Assembly (NCBI GenBank): GCA_965224705.1
Contig: OZ245056.1
Span: 928,001 to 992,000, forward strand
Direction: 5' to 3'
Length of the DNA: 64,000 nucleotides
Origin: Spirochaetaceae bacterium
GTDB lineage: Bacteria; Spirochaetota; Spirochaetia; DSM-2461
Made by a program: the position numbers and the translations under genes. This document shows, piece after piece, positions 9,511 through 19,490 of the stretch; within the stretch, counting starts at the first letter, position 1, and each line of letters begins with the position of its first letter. Under the pieces are notes generated by a model. It did no database searches, was not told where the DNA came from, and saw only the letters and a program-made list of their open reading frames with translations.

Positions 9511-12135
9511 TCAGGCATCTTCCTTTTCTGCATCCTTAATGCTCTTCTGTGCAATGGCGATCTTGGCTGCTGGAATTCCATATGGAGAACAGCTTACATA
9601 ATTCAAACCCACATCCATACTGAAATAGATGTTCTCTGGTTCTGCACCATGTTCACCGCAAAGACCACAATTTATATCCGGACTTATTAAACGTCCTCTT
9701 TCAACGGCTATGCTGACCAATTCCTTCACTGGATCCTGTAATATTTTGAATGGATTCTTTTCAAGTAAATCGTACTCATTGTAATCAGTGAAGAAGGAAT
9801 TGAAGTCATCCCGGCTTAGTCCAAGGCAGGTTTGAGTTAAGTCGTTTGTTCCAAAGCTGAAAAAATCAGCATACAATGCAAGTTGATCCGCCAGCAATGC
9901 TGCCGAAGGTAATTCAATCATTGTTCCAACACGGTAGGGAATTGCTTCTACTCCCAGTTTCTTCCTGAGATTCTCCTCTATCTGACGAATACCAACAATT
10001 TCAAAACCTTCAATTTTTTTCCCATAACGCATCGCTTTAACTTCTCGGGGAGTCATAACGATGGGAATCATGATTTCTGGATTGCATACTATACCCTTAT
10101 TTTTCCGCAGCTTAAAGGCAGCTTCAAAAATAGCCTCCACCTGCATCAAGTAAATATCTGGATAAGTAAAAGCCATCCGGATACCCCTGTGTCCAAGCAT
10201 TGGATTCGTCTCATTGCTCATGTAACACCGATACCTGATGATTTCTTCATCCACGTCAGGATGATCTTTGCGATAAAACTCAATGAATTCCGTCATCGCC
10301 GCATCATTATGGGGGAGAAACTCGTGGAGGGGAGCATCCAGCAGCCTTATAGTGACCGGTTTGCTTTCCATAACCTCAAATAACTCATAGAAGTCCGCAA
10401 TCTGCATGGTTTTAAGCTTACTCAGTATTTTCTTTCTCTCCGATTTCTCTGCTGCCACAATCAAGGATCTAAAGATTGGAATCCGTTTTTCATGAAAGAA
10501 CATATGCTCTGTGCGACATAGACCTATGCCGTCTGCCAGGAACTTCAATGCCAGTTCTGCTTCCTGTTTCTGATCCGCATTGGCATGGACATCAAAATCA
10601 GATATGTACTTTTGAGCAATATTGAGAAACTCAATAAGGCCGCTGCTGTCAATGTCGGGTTCAAGAAGATCAAGCTTGCCGAAATAGATGGTCGGGTCTT
10701 CCGCTGCCGGGACCTCAAGACTGACATAGTCACCTTCTTTTACAACATGCTTACCAATTCTCATTTCATTCTTAACGAATTCTATTCCAGGATTAACCAT
10801 GGCAACTTTTCCCAGAGACCGCGCGACCACCGGGGCATGAGAAGCATATCCTCCTTCAACACTGATAACCCCTACCGATGCCTCAATCGCTTTAACATCT
10901 TCTGCATAGGTTGCATCCATGGCCAGAATAAAACTCTCTTTCAGTCCTTGCCGCTCAGCAAATCCAGCCGCATCCATCAATGCATCTGTAGAAAAGTAGA
11001 TCTTCCCGACTGCAGCACCCATGGCACCGGATATTCCCTCTGTAACAGAAGGGATATTCACAGCAGACTTCTTATCGATCACAGGATGAAGTATTTCTGA
11101 AATTTGACTGGGCTGGATAGCATTAATGGCATGCTTATCATCAATGACTCCCTCTGCAAGGAGATCCAGCAATGTTCGGATCTCCGCTACAATTGATTTC
11201 CCAGGGACACTTGATTGATCAATGATCCACAACTTGCCGTCTTCAATGTTGAATTTGACCATGCGGATTTCTTTGTAATTCGTTTCCAATTGCTTTGCAA
11301 TCTTCTCCAACTCGGTAAGATATATCTTATTGAGTTTTGCGATAGGTTTGCCGCTGCTCTTCGTCGTATCAAATTCATTCTGAATGAATTCACCTGTCAG
11401 CGTGTCCTTTCCACTCATGGGATCGCGTGTTGCAAAAGTTCCAAAGAAACTATTGTCACCATAGTTTCCAAATGTCATGGCCTGTACAAGAATTGCTGAA
11501 TCACCAAGAGTTTCACTTTCAGCAAAATACCGTCGAAAGAGTTTCTTGATGAACTGAAACTGATCAAAGGCATTGCTGAATATCTCAGCAGGATATAACT
11601 CCCGGGTTTTATCGAGATCTTTTCTGTATTCCGAAGCCGATTTGGATGACTGCATTCCCTTCAGCACTGACTCAAGTTTCTTCGTCCGTGACGCCTCTAT
11701 GGACGTCAGAAGCTCCAGCATGAGAATGTGTTTCATGACACCCCAATACTCATGCCAGGCAAATTCTTCGCCAACAATGGTAGCGAAACTTTCGATAGTA
11801 GAGTCACACAAACCAATATTGTGTATACTTGAAAATGTATACACCATGTTCAACATGGGGCTGACGACCAGCTTCACCAGCAGTGGATTCTCAGCATTCC
11901 AATGCTTCTCCAGGATATTGCCCATCTTATTCAGGGCATCCGAATACTGTGATTCATAAGTTTCCGGGTGATCTTCTTCATCGGCTAACAATGGCTCGGT
12001 AAGGATTAATCCTGGAAGTATGGGAACTTCCAATGCGGCAAGATCCATAAGATTTCTTCCACGGAATCCAAAATATTGGACGATATTCTCATCGTTTGTA
12101 TATTCATTGACACTGAATGAAAATATTTTTTTCAT
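9511..12135 (-). CDS. ppdK: Pyruvate,phosphate dikinase-like protein with a degenerate N-terminal ATP-grasp domain
   Basis: Intact phospho-His domain (GGYASHAPVVAR) and PEP-binding barrel (GIGLCRTEHMF, RLLDAPLHEF, NPMLGHRG, GTMIE, SFGTNDLTQ, GLCGEHG); start moved to ATG 12135 after a GGAG SD. Confidence 0.85.
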   Translation of the reverse strand: MKKIFSFSVNEYTNDENIVQYFGFRGRNLMDLAALEVPILPGLILTEPLLADEEDHPETYESQYSDALNKMGNILEKHWNAENPLLVKLVVSPMLNMVYTFSSIHNIGLCDSTIESFATIVGEEFAWHEYWGVMKHILMLELLTSIEASRTKKLESVLKGMQSSKSASEYRKDLDKTRELYPAEIFSNAFDQFQFIKKLFRRYFAESETLGDSAILVQAMTFGNYGDNSFFGTFATRDPMSGKDTLTGEFIQNEFDTTKSSGKPIAKLNKIYLTELEKIAKQLETNYKEIRMVKFNIEDGKLWIIDQSSVPGKSIVAEIRTLLDLLAEGVIDDKHAINAIQPSQISEILHPVIDKKSAVNIPSVTEGISGAMGAAVGKIYFSTDALMDAAGFAERQGLKESFILAMDATYAEDVKAIEASVGVISVEGGYASHAPVVARSLGKVAMVNPGIEFVKNEMRIGKHVVKEGDYVSLEVPAAEDPTIYFGKLDLLEPDIDSSGLIEFLNIAQKYISDFDVHANADQKQEAELALKFLADGIGLCRTEHMFFHEKRIPIFRSLIVAAEKSERKKILSKLKTMQIADFYELFEVMESKPVTIRLLDAPLHEFLPHNDAAMTEFIEFYRKDHPDVDEEIIRYRCYMSNETNPMLGHRGIRMAFTYPDIYLMQVEAIFEAAFKLRKNKGIVCNPEIMIPIVMTPREVKAMRYGKKIEGFEIVGIRQIEENLRKKLGVEAIPYRVGTMIELPSAALLADQLALYADFFSFGTNDLTQTCLGLSRDDFNSFFTDYNEYDLLEKNPFKILQDPVKELVSIAVERGRLISPDINCGLCGEHGAEPENIYFSMDVGLNYVSCSPYGIPAAKIAIAQKSIKDAEKEDA

Positions 12136-12213
12136 AGAACTCCCTATCTTCAAGTATTTTTTTATGATTATTCCTTTTGGTACAGCCCAAAAGATACTGG
12201 CTGGAAACAAACA

Positions 12214-13092
12214 CTAGAAAAGCTTAAGCACATTCCCGGGACCGCCATGCAAAAAAGCCTCAAAACGAGGGCTGGCTCCTTCAAACAAGTATTTCTTAAG
12301 CTTGGAAATCTCTGCGGGATTATCGCCAGCTACACTGAACATAATGGGGACACCATGTTTCACCTTGCCCCATTTGAAAAGTGCATTTATGTCATTGATC
12401 CGTTCACCTTCATACCATATCAGCACATCCAGCTGCGGATACTTCACTCTATAGCTTTCAATTATGCGCTTCCAGGATTCCACATTCCCATTGTGAAAAA
12501 GTTCATTGGTTACATTGACACCCACCTTTGGGGTGAGTTTTTTTCGGGCACCGCCAGGGACTGGCGGCGGCGCAGCAGAAGTTGATTCAACAGCCCTGCT
12601 GACAGCAGGCTGTTCAGTTTCCTCCGTTCCATCCAGAAAGCATTTGAGCGATTTGGACGATTTATAGGCGGGATTACTCTTAACACGACCATTACTGAGC
12701 AGTGTGAAGACATCTGATTCTGCATTTTTTAGCTGGACATCATCTACTTTTTCAAGGGAACCGACATAACACACAAGATGTGTATCCACAGGGAACGGAA
12801 GAAGCTCTTTCCATTCATCCGGGGACTCTGGATTCAGAATATGAATACCGCCATTATTATCCGTACGGACAAATACAACCTGGATATTCGTCCAGCCGTT
12901 CACTGTTTTGCTGAGCTTATCAATGCTGTCAACTTGAAATGTCAGATTTTCTGATCTGTATGCATAGCCATATTTCCCAACCAGAAGCAGATTAACAACT
13001 GGCAGAATTTGAGATTCAGAAACTCGTTCCTCTTTAAGAGCCTCCCTGAACAAATCAGCCAGATTGTATCCCTCTGCAATGCCTGATGCCAT
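12214..13092 (-). CDS. Spirochaete protein between cfpA and ppdK; C-terminal domain looks HPr-like
   Basis: Long ORF in the cfpA-ppdK gap, matching the gene order known from Treponema; C-terminal VNVTNELFHNGN...YEGERI...ALFKWG...GVPIMFSVAGD; start at MASGIAEG inferred. Confidence 0.75.
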   Translation of the reverse strand: MASGIAEGYNLADLFREALKEERVSESQILPVVNLLLVGKYGYAYRSENLTFQVDSIDKLSKTVNGWTNIQVVFVRTDNNGGIHILNPESPDEWKELLPFPVDTHLVCYVGSLEKVDDVQLKNAESDVFTLLSNGRVKSNPAYKSSKSLKCFLDGTEETEQPAVSRAVESTSAAPPPVPGGARKKLTPKVGVNVTNELFHNGNVESWKRIIESYRVKYPQLDVLIWYEGERINDINALFKWGKVKHGVPIMFSVAGDNPAEISKLKKYLFEGASPRFEAFLHGGPGNVLKLF

Positions 13093-13191
13093 ATCCTGCG
13101 TCACGCGAAAATGACGCAACGCCATATTATAGCCAGCTCGGGTAGCCAGCAGGTTTAATTTACTACTTCGCACGAACACAGGCATAAACAA

Positions 13192-15168
13192 CTACATCTC
13201 ACTTAATTCATCAAGATTAACTTTCCGCTTCTTACTCCGAGAGCGAGCTGGAGTAACATCAGCCTTGCCGCTCACCTCAGAAGACTCTCCAGTGTCAGCT
13301 CCTTGAGCAGTACTGGAGGGGGTGGGAATGACGGGCTCATCTGTAGCTGCAAAACTCTGGTCAATATCGCTGCGGACAGTGGAACGTCGCCGTTTGAATG
13401 AAGCAAAGGCGGCATCCTGGAACCCTTTCGATACACCGTTAAGGAATTCATTCAATACATTCGCCATAGAATTCAATACATAGCGCTTACGTTTAATGCT
13501 GGTGATATCCACATCAAGAAGCAATCCGGGCTGTACATGAAATGGATTAATACCATAGTCGAATTCATTGAATTCAGATTCAAGGAAATCAATCCGCTTC
13601 TCCAGTTCAACCCTCAGTTTTGGATTTTCATATCCAAAGGCCATCTCAGCTCTTTCCCGAGATTTACGCAGCATTTTCTTAAGAAGACTCTTCTCATACA
13701 GATAAGTCTGATTCAATCGCTCAACATCCGTATCTTCAGCTTTGATTTTAAGAAGCTCATTCCAAACCTTTTCATGCTCTTCGTACAGTGGATCACCGGA
13801 AGCTTCATGAATCTTTCTGACTCTGCCTACAGTTTTTTTAACGATATCATCAAAATCATTAATAAAACCCAGACCTTTCTTATTATCCTGGTAGATTGCA
13901 ATAGAAATGTTATACACATGAAGAATTTCGCTGCGGAATTCCTCAATCTGCCTGGTATAAGCCCTGCGAAGGCTTTCCAGCTGACCATGATCATAGAATT
14001 TCAGAAGCATTTGATAGCGCTCATCCGGCAGCCGGGAAGTTTCATTATCCTCATACTCCCGAATAACAAGCTCTCGGCAGTTTTTAAGGTTCTCAATATA
14101 CTGATAACCCATCTTGGATGTATCCAGGATCGATGTCAGATTGTTAATCGCAGTATTAAAGCCCCGATTCCTGATGTTCTCTATGTCGATAATCCTCTTG
14201 ATATTCTCCCGAATATTGAGAGGATCAAATTCCTCAGGATCAATCTCTGCTCGAAGCCCCTCAATCTTGTCGACCAGATTTTTAGCCATGAACATATATC
14301 TTCGTGAATCTTCCGATTCTTTATCATCATCCGTGAAATCCGGCACATGTTTAATTCTTTCAAACATGAGCTCAGTATCTGAAAGCTCTTCCTTACCCTC
14401 ATCGACCAATTGATCCTGCAAATCTTCAATTTCATGATCAATCATATCCGTTACAGTCTTGGATATCTGATCTTTGATGATATTCTCTACTGTTGTTTGA
14501 TAATGAAAAATCGGGCTGATTAATTCTGACTCCAGAATGTTAATCGATAATTTGACATCTGTCACTGTTCGGGACTTAAGAGGATTGTCCTTAAAGGAGC
14601 ATTTTACAACTGAATACGCATTCTCACCTCGGATAAATGCCCCGACATCTGCTTTTTGCCGCAGCAGTGAGTTGGTTTCATTCTCAAGGTCATTCATACC
14701 CCGCTGGATATGTCCCTGCAAATGTCCGTACATGTTGATTATTGATTTCTCAATTTCACCAGTATTAAACTTATCCGCTCCGCCAACCTGGTCAAGAAGT
14801 TCCGACATCTCCTTTGGAGAATACCTGGCAAGGTTTTTTGTTTCCTCCTTATCGACGAACTGTCGGACCTTTTTCACCATTTCATCTTCAGTGGTGACAA
14901 TGTACCTGTTGAACATATTCTGATAGTTCTGGTTGTAATAGTTGTAGACTTTTTCTTTCAACCCACCCATAACGTCCAATTCATGCAGAACTTCCTGTGG
15001 AAGCTTGGTTTGAACGACTTTGAGAACCTTGTCAACTTCTTCATTGATAATTTGATCGTATTCTGTTTTCTGATCACGTCCATCCTGGGCAAGAGAATTC
15101 CTTGAACCGACTGCTGAAGGCTTAGTCGGATGGAAAACATTGGGGCTCTTTGGCAATTCACCGGGCAT
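13192..15168 (-). CDS. cfpA: Cytoplasmic filament protein A
   Basis: Recognisable N-terminus [24 protein letters not shown] and C-terminal [31 protein letters not shown]. Confidence 0.93.
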   Translation of the reverse strand: MPGELPKSPNVFHPTKPSAVGSRNSLAQDGRDQKTEYDQIINEEVDKVLKVVQTKLPQEVLHELDVMGGLKEKVYNYYNQNYQNMFNRYIVTTEDEMVKKVRQFVDKEETKNLARYSPKEMSELLDQVGGADKFNTGEIEKSIINMYGHLQGHIQRGMNDLENETNSLLRQKADVGAFIRGENAYSVVKCSFKDNPLKSRTVTDVKLSINILESELISPIFHYQTTVENIIKDQISKTVTDMIDHEIEDLQDQLVDEGKEELSDTELMFERIKHVPDFTDDDKESEDSRRYMFMAKNLVDKIEGLRAEIDPEEFDPLNIRENIKRIIDIENIRNRGFNTAINNLTSILDTSKMGYQYIENLKNCRELVIREYEDNETSRLPDERYQMLLKFYDHGQLESLRRAYTRQIEEFRSEILHVYNISIAIYQDNKKGLGFINDFDDIVKKTVGRVRKIHEASGDPLYEEHEKVWNELLKIKAEDTDVERLNQTYLYEKSLLKKMLRKSRERAEMAFGYENPKLRVELEKRIDFLESEFNEFDYGINPFHVQPGLLLDVDITSIKRKRYVLNSMANVLNEFLNGVSKGFQDAAFASFKRRRSTVRSDIDQSFAATDEPVIPTPSSTAQGADTGESSEVSGKADVTPARSRSKKRKVNLDELSEM

Positions 15169-15291
15169 TTAAAAACTCCTTAAGTTATTGATTCTGCTAG
15201 ACCATTCCAGTTGTCTAACTTCTTAACAAATAGTATCGACGAGAAATACTGAACAAGTCAAGATAGAGAAAATGGTTCTTGTAAATGTACT

Positions 15292-18093
15292 TTACATCCC
15301 TCTCGTTGTCAAGGCCATATCAGCAATATTTCGCAATGCTGCCGCTCGACTATATCGGGCGATGCGCCTCAACACATCAGCAGCATTGCTTCTGTCGATA
15401 TCATTGTAATCCCTATTATCGAGAATTATAACCGATTCATCAAGTGCTTTTAAATCATTTTCAACCTGTATTCTAATTTCCCTGGCAGCAAGAAACCAGA
15501 TGGTATCACCTCGGCGTATGGTATAACTTCTTTCTCCAGGCAAAATTAATTCATTTCCAGGATAAATCCAATCAGGATCCTGTCCAGCATACACTCGATA
15601 ATCCAGATCTTTGAATCCATTCAAGACGGCAATATCGTTAGCAGCCAGATGGATATCAGCCGCTGTAATACTCACGCGTTGATCAACTTCAAGAAATTCC
15701 TCGAGGTTTTTCTCCGAGTTCAAGGATTCATTTTCTATCATTGAACCCGAACTCTGAATTACAGAGACTGATTCATCATTTTTTGCCTCTGCACTCCCTG
15801 CGTCCGTATTACCTGAGGGATCGTCAGCGGGAGCCCCTGTTTCTGCAATCCCCGCATCAATACCACCTGAGGGATTGTCTGCGGCACCTGCGGCATTGCT
15901 GCTGTCTGCTAATTCCTGGGAACTCGCTTCTGCGGACTTCTGGTCACCTGCCAGATCTTCATCGGTACTGGATACAGAGTCGGATCCTTTACCTTCTACT
16001 TCGGCATCACTTGATGCCGATCCAGATGTCTTCAAATCCTCTGCACTGGTCAAAATTGAGGATGGAACCCGGGATCTGAGAATTCTTCCCCATGGTGCAT
16101 TTCCAGTAAAATCCAGAACAACTGCCCCCGCAAGGAGTAAAGGAACAATCGCAGCCAACAGCCACAACTTTGGAGACCGACGTTTTTTCACCGGTCTCCC
16201 TGGTTGAATGGTGCTTACTTCATCTTCAGCTTCCCGGGGCACATCCTGAGAGGTTCTTCTATTATTGGTGACAGGCCTTGACTCTATTGTTTTACTGGCC
16301 GCTGTTTGATTCCTTTTATCAAATCGGCCTTTCGCGGTAAGAGGTGTTCTTTTCTGTACAATTCTCCTTTCAGAACCAGTTCTCTCCATGGGCACTGGTG
16401 CGGACTCCTTATCAGAATCAGACAGCAAGGCTAACTGCTCAGGCGTAAGTTCTCCATCCCCATCCTGCTTGAGGCTTCTGATCAATTTAAGGAGTCGATT
16501 TCTATCTTCCTGCCAGGATTGTTCATCATAGTTGGCAATCTGATGGATTTCTCTGCGAACTTCTAATGCAGCAGCGACTTCTGCCTGGGAAATACTGCGT
16601 TTTATGCTTCTCCAAAGCAGTATTGGTTTATCTCCCAGATAAAGATCTCCAAAAAATGGATATACTGAGTCTGGTGCAGGCAGGCGTTTCAGCATCGCTT
16701 TGACAGCCATTCCTGTTTCCTGGCCATTCCTTGAGAGATCGCTGGCCTCAGTCAATGAATCGCAAATCAGTGTCAATATAACACTGAAGTTGGAGAGGAA
16801 AAACCAGGAGGACCCCGCTTTTGTCAGTTCTCCATTTTCCAAAACATCCTGCAGATTCAGATACGCCTGCTGCAAACTCGTACTGACTTTAGATTTTCCG
16901 GCAACAATGTCCTGATGAAACACCTGGAGATAATTATCCAATGCTTTAACAACCTGAGTTTCTTCAATCTGGAGATTTCTGCTGATACAGTTCAATACAT
17001 GGGAAGCATATTTGTCGATGAGGTGGAGGCCTGTGGGATTTTGAATAATAAACTGCAGGGGGTAACCATCCGGAATGGAAATAAGCACATCGGTTTCATC
17101 CGTTTTGTAACGAATCTGTCCCCGGGCAGAATCCACCGACAATCCTCTTTCGATCCTGCCTCCGAAGCAAACTGTCGGCTTCCCTGTCTGGTTAACCAGC
17201 CAGCAATTATTCCTGGAACTTATCAGAGATTCTTGAAAAGAAGCCCTTTGTTTCCCGGAGACATCCATGACGTCCAGGCTGGCTGGCGTACCATTTCCAG
17301 CAGGGAAAAGCAATCTTATTTTCCGCTGTAATTCTGGATTAGTTGTGATAATACGCAATTTCCTGCGGCGTTGTCTGATCCGTTTCAGCAACCCGATGAA
17401 GACAGCGGCATCAGCGGAATCCAACTCATCATCCGCCAGATTATACCCACTGCTGCTTATGAGATCCGGGTCAACACCCTGACTCATGATTCTTGCAACG
17501 AAACCTGGATGCATGGCCAAAGACAGGAGTTCACCGGCTTCAAACCAGAATGCATTATTACCAGTTACATATATACCGGAACCAGAGAAGTCCTGTTTAG
17601 TATATCGAAAAGGATTTTTCAGGAACTCAGACTTTGCTTCTTCAAATAGGCGGGTGAAATGCCTGTCTTTTTTCTCCTGTTTATATAAATCAAAGACCAC
17701 CTGATCATCGTAACGAAGGTGGATGTTCCCACTGGAATAGAACCACAGCATATGACGTTTCTCGCCATCAGCAACTGCCCTGTAATCAGCAAGTTCATCA
17801 GTAGGCAAGTCAAAACTGGAAAAAAACTGCTTCATGGTTTCGACAACGGCGGTATCACCCAGATATCGTCCCCGAACCTTTGGAACATTGAGGATTTCGA
17901 GCAGTGGATTGCCGACATGATCATCTGTGATGACCGTTGTTGAAACAACTTCATGAATTTCATCTGTTAGATTTCTTGAGTTACCAATTCTGAGGAAGGG
18001 ACGAACATCCCCTTGACTGCTGCCAAGATAAATTACATAGCATTCACATGCTATGTGAAAAACTCGGGATTCGGGAGAAATTAAATCTGACAT
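15292..18093 (-). CDS. Large bitopic membrane protein with a C-terminal LysM-type domain
   Basis: ~640-aa N-terminal region, basic patch followed by a single TM (LWLLAAIVPLLLAGAVVL), acidic Ser/Ala/Asp linker, DPDWIYPGNELILP and YTIRRGDTIWFLA LysM-like motifs. Confidence 0.8.
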   Translation of the reverse strand: MSDLISPESRVFHIACECYVIYLGSSQGDVRPFLRIGNSRNLTDEIHEVVSTTVITDDHVGNPLLEILNVPKVRGRYLGDTAVVETMKQFFSSFDLPTDELADYRAVADGEKRHMLWFYSSGNIHLRYDDQVVFDLYKQEKKDRHFTRLFEEAKSEFLKNPFRYTKQDFSGSGIYVTGNNAFWFEAGELLSLAMHPGFVARIMSQGVDPDLISSSGYNLADDELDSADAAVFIGLLKRIRQRRRKLRIITTNPELQRKIRLLFPAGNGTPASLDVMDVSGKQRASFQESLISSRNNCWLVNQTGKPTVCFGGRIERGLSVDSARGQIRYKTDETDVLISIPDGYPLQFIIQNPTGLHLIDKYASHVLNCISRNLQIEETQVVKALDNYLQVFHQDIVAGKSKVSTSLQQAYLNLQDVLENGELTKAGSSWFFLSNFSVILTLICDSLTEASDLSRNGQETGMAVKAMLKRLPAPDSVYPFFGDLYLGDKPILLWRSIKRSISQAEVAAALEVRREIHQIANYDEQSWQEDRNRLLKLIRSLKQDGDGELTPEQLALLSDSDKESAPVPMERTGSERRIVQKRTPLTAKGRFDKRNQTAASKTIESRPVTNNRRTSQDVPREAEDEVSTIQPGRPVKKRRSPKLWLLAAIVPLLLAGAVVLDFTGNAPWGRILRSRVPSSILTSAEDLKTSGSASSDAEVEGKGSDSVSSTDEDLAGDQKSAEASSQELADSSNAAGAADNPSGGIDAGIAETGAPADDPSGNTDAGSAEAKNDESVSVIQSSGSMIENESLNSEKNLEEFLEVDQRVSITAADIHLAANDIAVLNGFKDLDYRVYAGQDPDWIYPGNELILPGERSYTIRRGDTIWFLAAREIRIQVENDLKALDESVIILDNRDYNDIDRSNAADVLRRIARYSRAAALRNIADMALTTRGM

Positions 18094-18553
18094 ATTCAAA
18101 GTTCCAACATACGATTTACCTTACAATATATCTCAGCCGGGGATTCCCGGCAAGTGCTGTGCAGGTTTGAACCATTCCGAATACTTCTATGCGATACAAT
18201 CTGTGTAATCAAGAACCAGTTTTTTGCTTCGAGGTACTGGAATTGATACATTTCGGGCCGGGATAGTGTGATGAGATTCATGCCGCAAACTTGTGGACGA
18301 CAGGGCAGGCATTCCATGACTGGCGAGAAGCCCATTTTCATAATCATAAACAAGCGGCAGCTGGCTGTATTGCCCTCTCCACGACTCTTGTTTTCTGCGA
18401 CAAAGTGTCAGAAAGCCTTCATCGATGATCAGCACATTACCATCCAGACATTGACTTCATGGGCAGCCCTGGTAGATGATGATGAACACTGTTGCTTGAC
18501 ATAACCTTTCACTGAATTGTATTAAACAAAAAATATCTTAAGGAAGAATCAAA

Positions 18554-19060
18554 TTGAGACCCAAAAACAATGTTATTCTTACTTTGTGTGTGCTTTTATC
18601 GACAGTAATACCTGTCTTCTTTCTGAGTTCATGTAAGACTCTGGATAAACTTGCAGCAGGAGAACCCCTGCTTTCAGGCAATATCACTGAAACGAAAAAC
18701 ACCAGAGAAGGAGGACTTGCTCCGAATGAAGGCAACTTCTTACCCGAATGGCTTCAAGGAGATTGGGCCGTAGAGAGTGACCCCGGGATCCTGGGCTATA
18801 CTATTACCCCCAATGAAATCAGGTATCTTGGAAAGATAGGGCTTCTTGAAACCTATAAGGATGCACTTATGGAAGACCAGGGCTATACTCTCGAATACTT
18901 TGTTACAACCGATGAAGAGGCCTTGTTTGAACTTGAGGCTGGTGCCGATGATCAGTATCGACTGTTCGTCCGTGCAGTCAAAGAGGATACAGGTGTCACC
19001 GTGTTTATCTGGGGGATGAACGAAGAAAAAGATACTAAACTTATACCCTATAAAAAATAG
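18554..19060 (+). CDS. Putative lipoprotein
   Basis: Signal peptide ending in FFLSS-C (spirochaete-type lipobox); TTG start after an AAGGA SD. Confidence 0.75.
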   Translation: MRPKNNVILTLCVLLSTVIPVFFLSSCKTLDKLAAGEPLLSGNITETKNTREGGLAPNEGNFLPEWLQGDWAVESDPGILGYTITPNEIRYLGKIGLLETYKDALMEDQGYTLEYFVTTDEEALFELEAGADDQYRLFVRAVKEDTGVTVFIWGMNEEKDTKLIPYKK

Positions 19061-19090
19061 AGGAATATTGCGCCCTGAACCGCATTTATA

Positions 19091-19251
19091 GAGTCTGCCG
19101 GACTTTAAGGCTTCGAGGTGATTTTTGATAGTTTTTTCCTGATGCAAGGCGACAAAAACTTAAGCGTAACTGGGCTACGTGAGTATTCTGGCAACGCGGT
19201 AGCGAAAAAAAAGGCAAAAATCGAACCGTGAGGCGTAAGTCCGGCAGATTC
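19091..19251 (-). mobile_element. MITE family A copy 3 (161 bp, diverged)
   Basis: Ends GAGTCTGCCGGA...TCCGGCAGATTC; same interior with several substitutions; no clear target duplication. Confidence 0.85.
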
Positions 19252-19339
19252 CATGCTTCCTGCATCATGGACAATGGCGGACATAGTCCTGTTTACTTCC
19301 CTTATACATTACCTGAAAATACGGTTGATGAACTCCTTA

Positions 19340-19368
19340 TTGACAAATAGGACACTGATGTTAATAAT
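19340..19368 (+). promoter_or_regulatory. Sigma-70-type promoter for the cyclase gene
   Basis: TTGACA (19340-19345), 17-nt spacer, AATAAT. Confidence 0.55.
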
Positions 19369-19490
19369 ACGGCATGACGAGATACCGGTGTAATCCTCCT
19401 CTTGAGATGTAGCGGTCGATTTATGGGAATCTCAGCATCCAACCGATTACTCAATTCGGAGCACACTTTAGAAATTAACAGGAGATATGA

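Noticed and set aside
18096..18504. Gene upstream of the LysM protein
   Set aside because: Only short ORFs in several frames with no recognisable motif; a decayed gene cannot be excluded.
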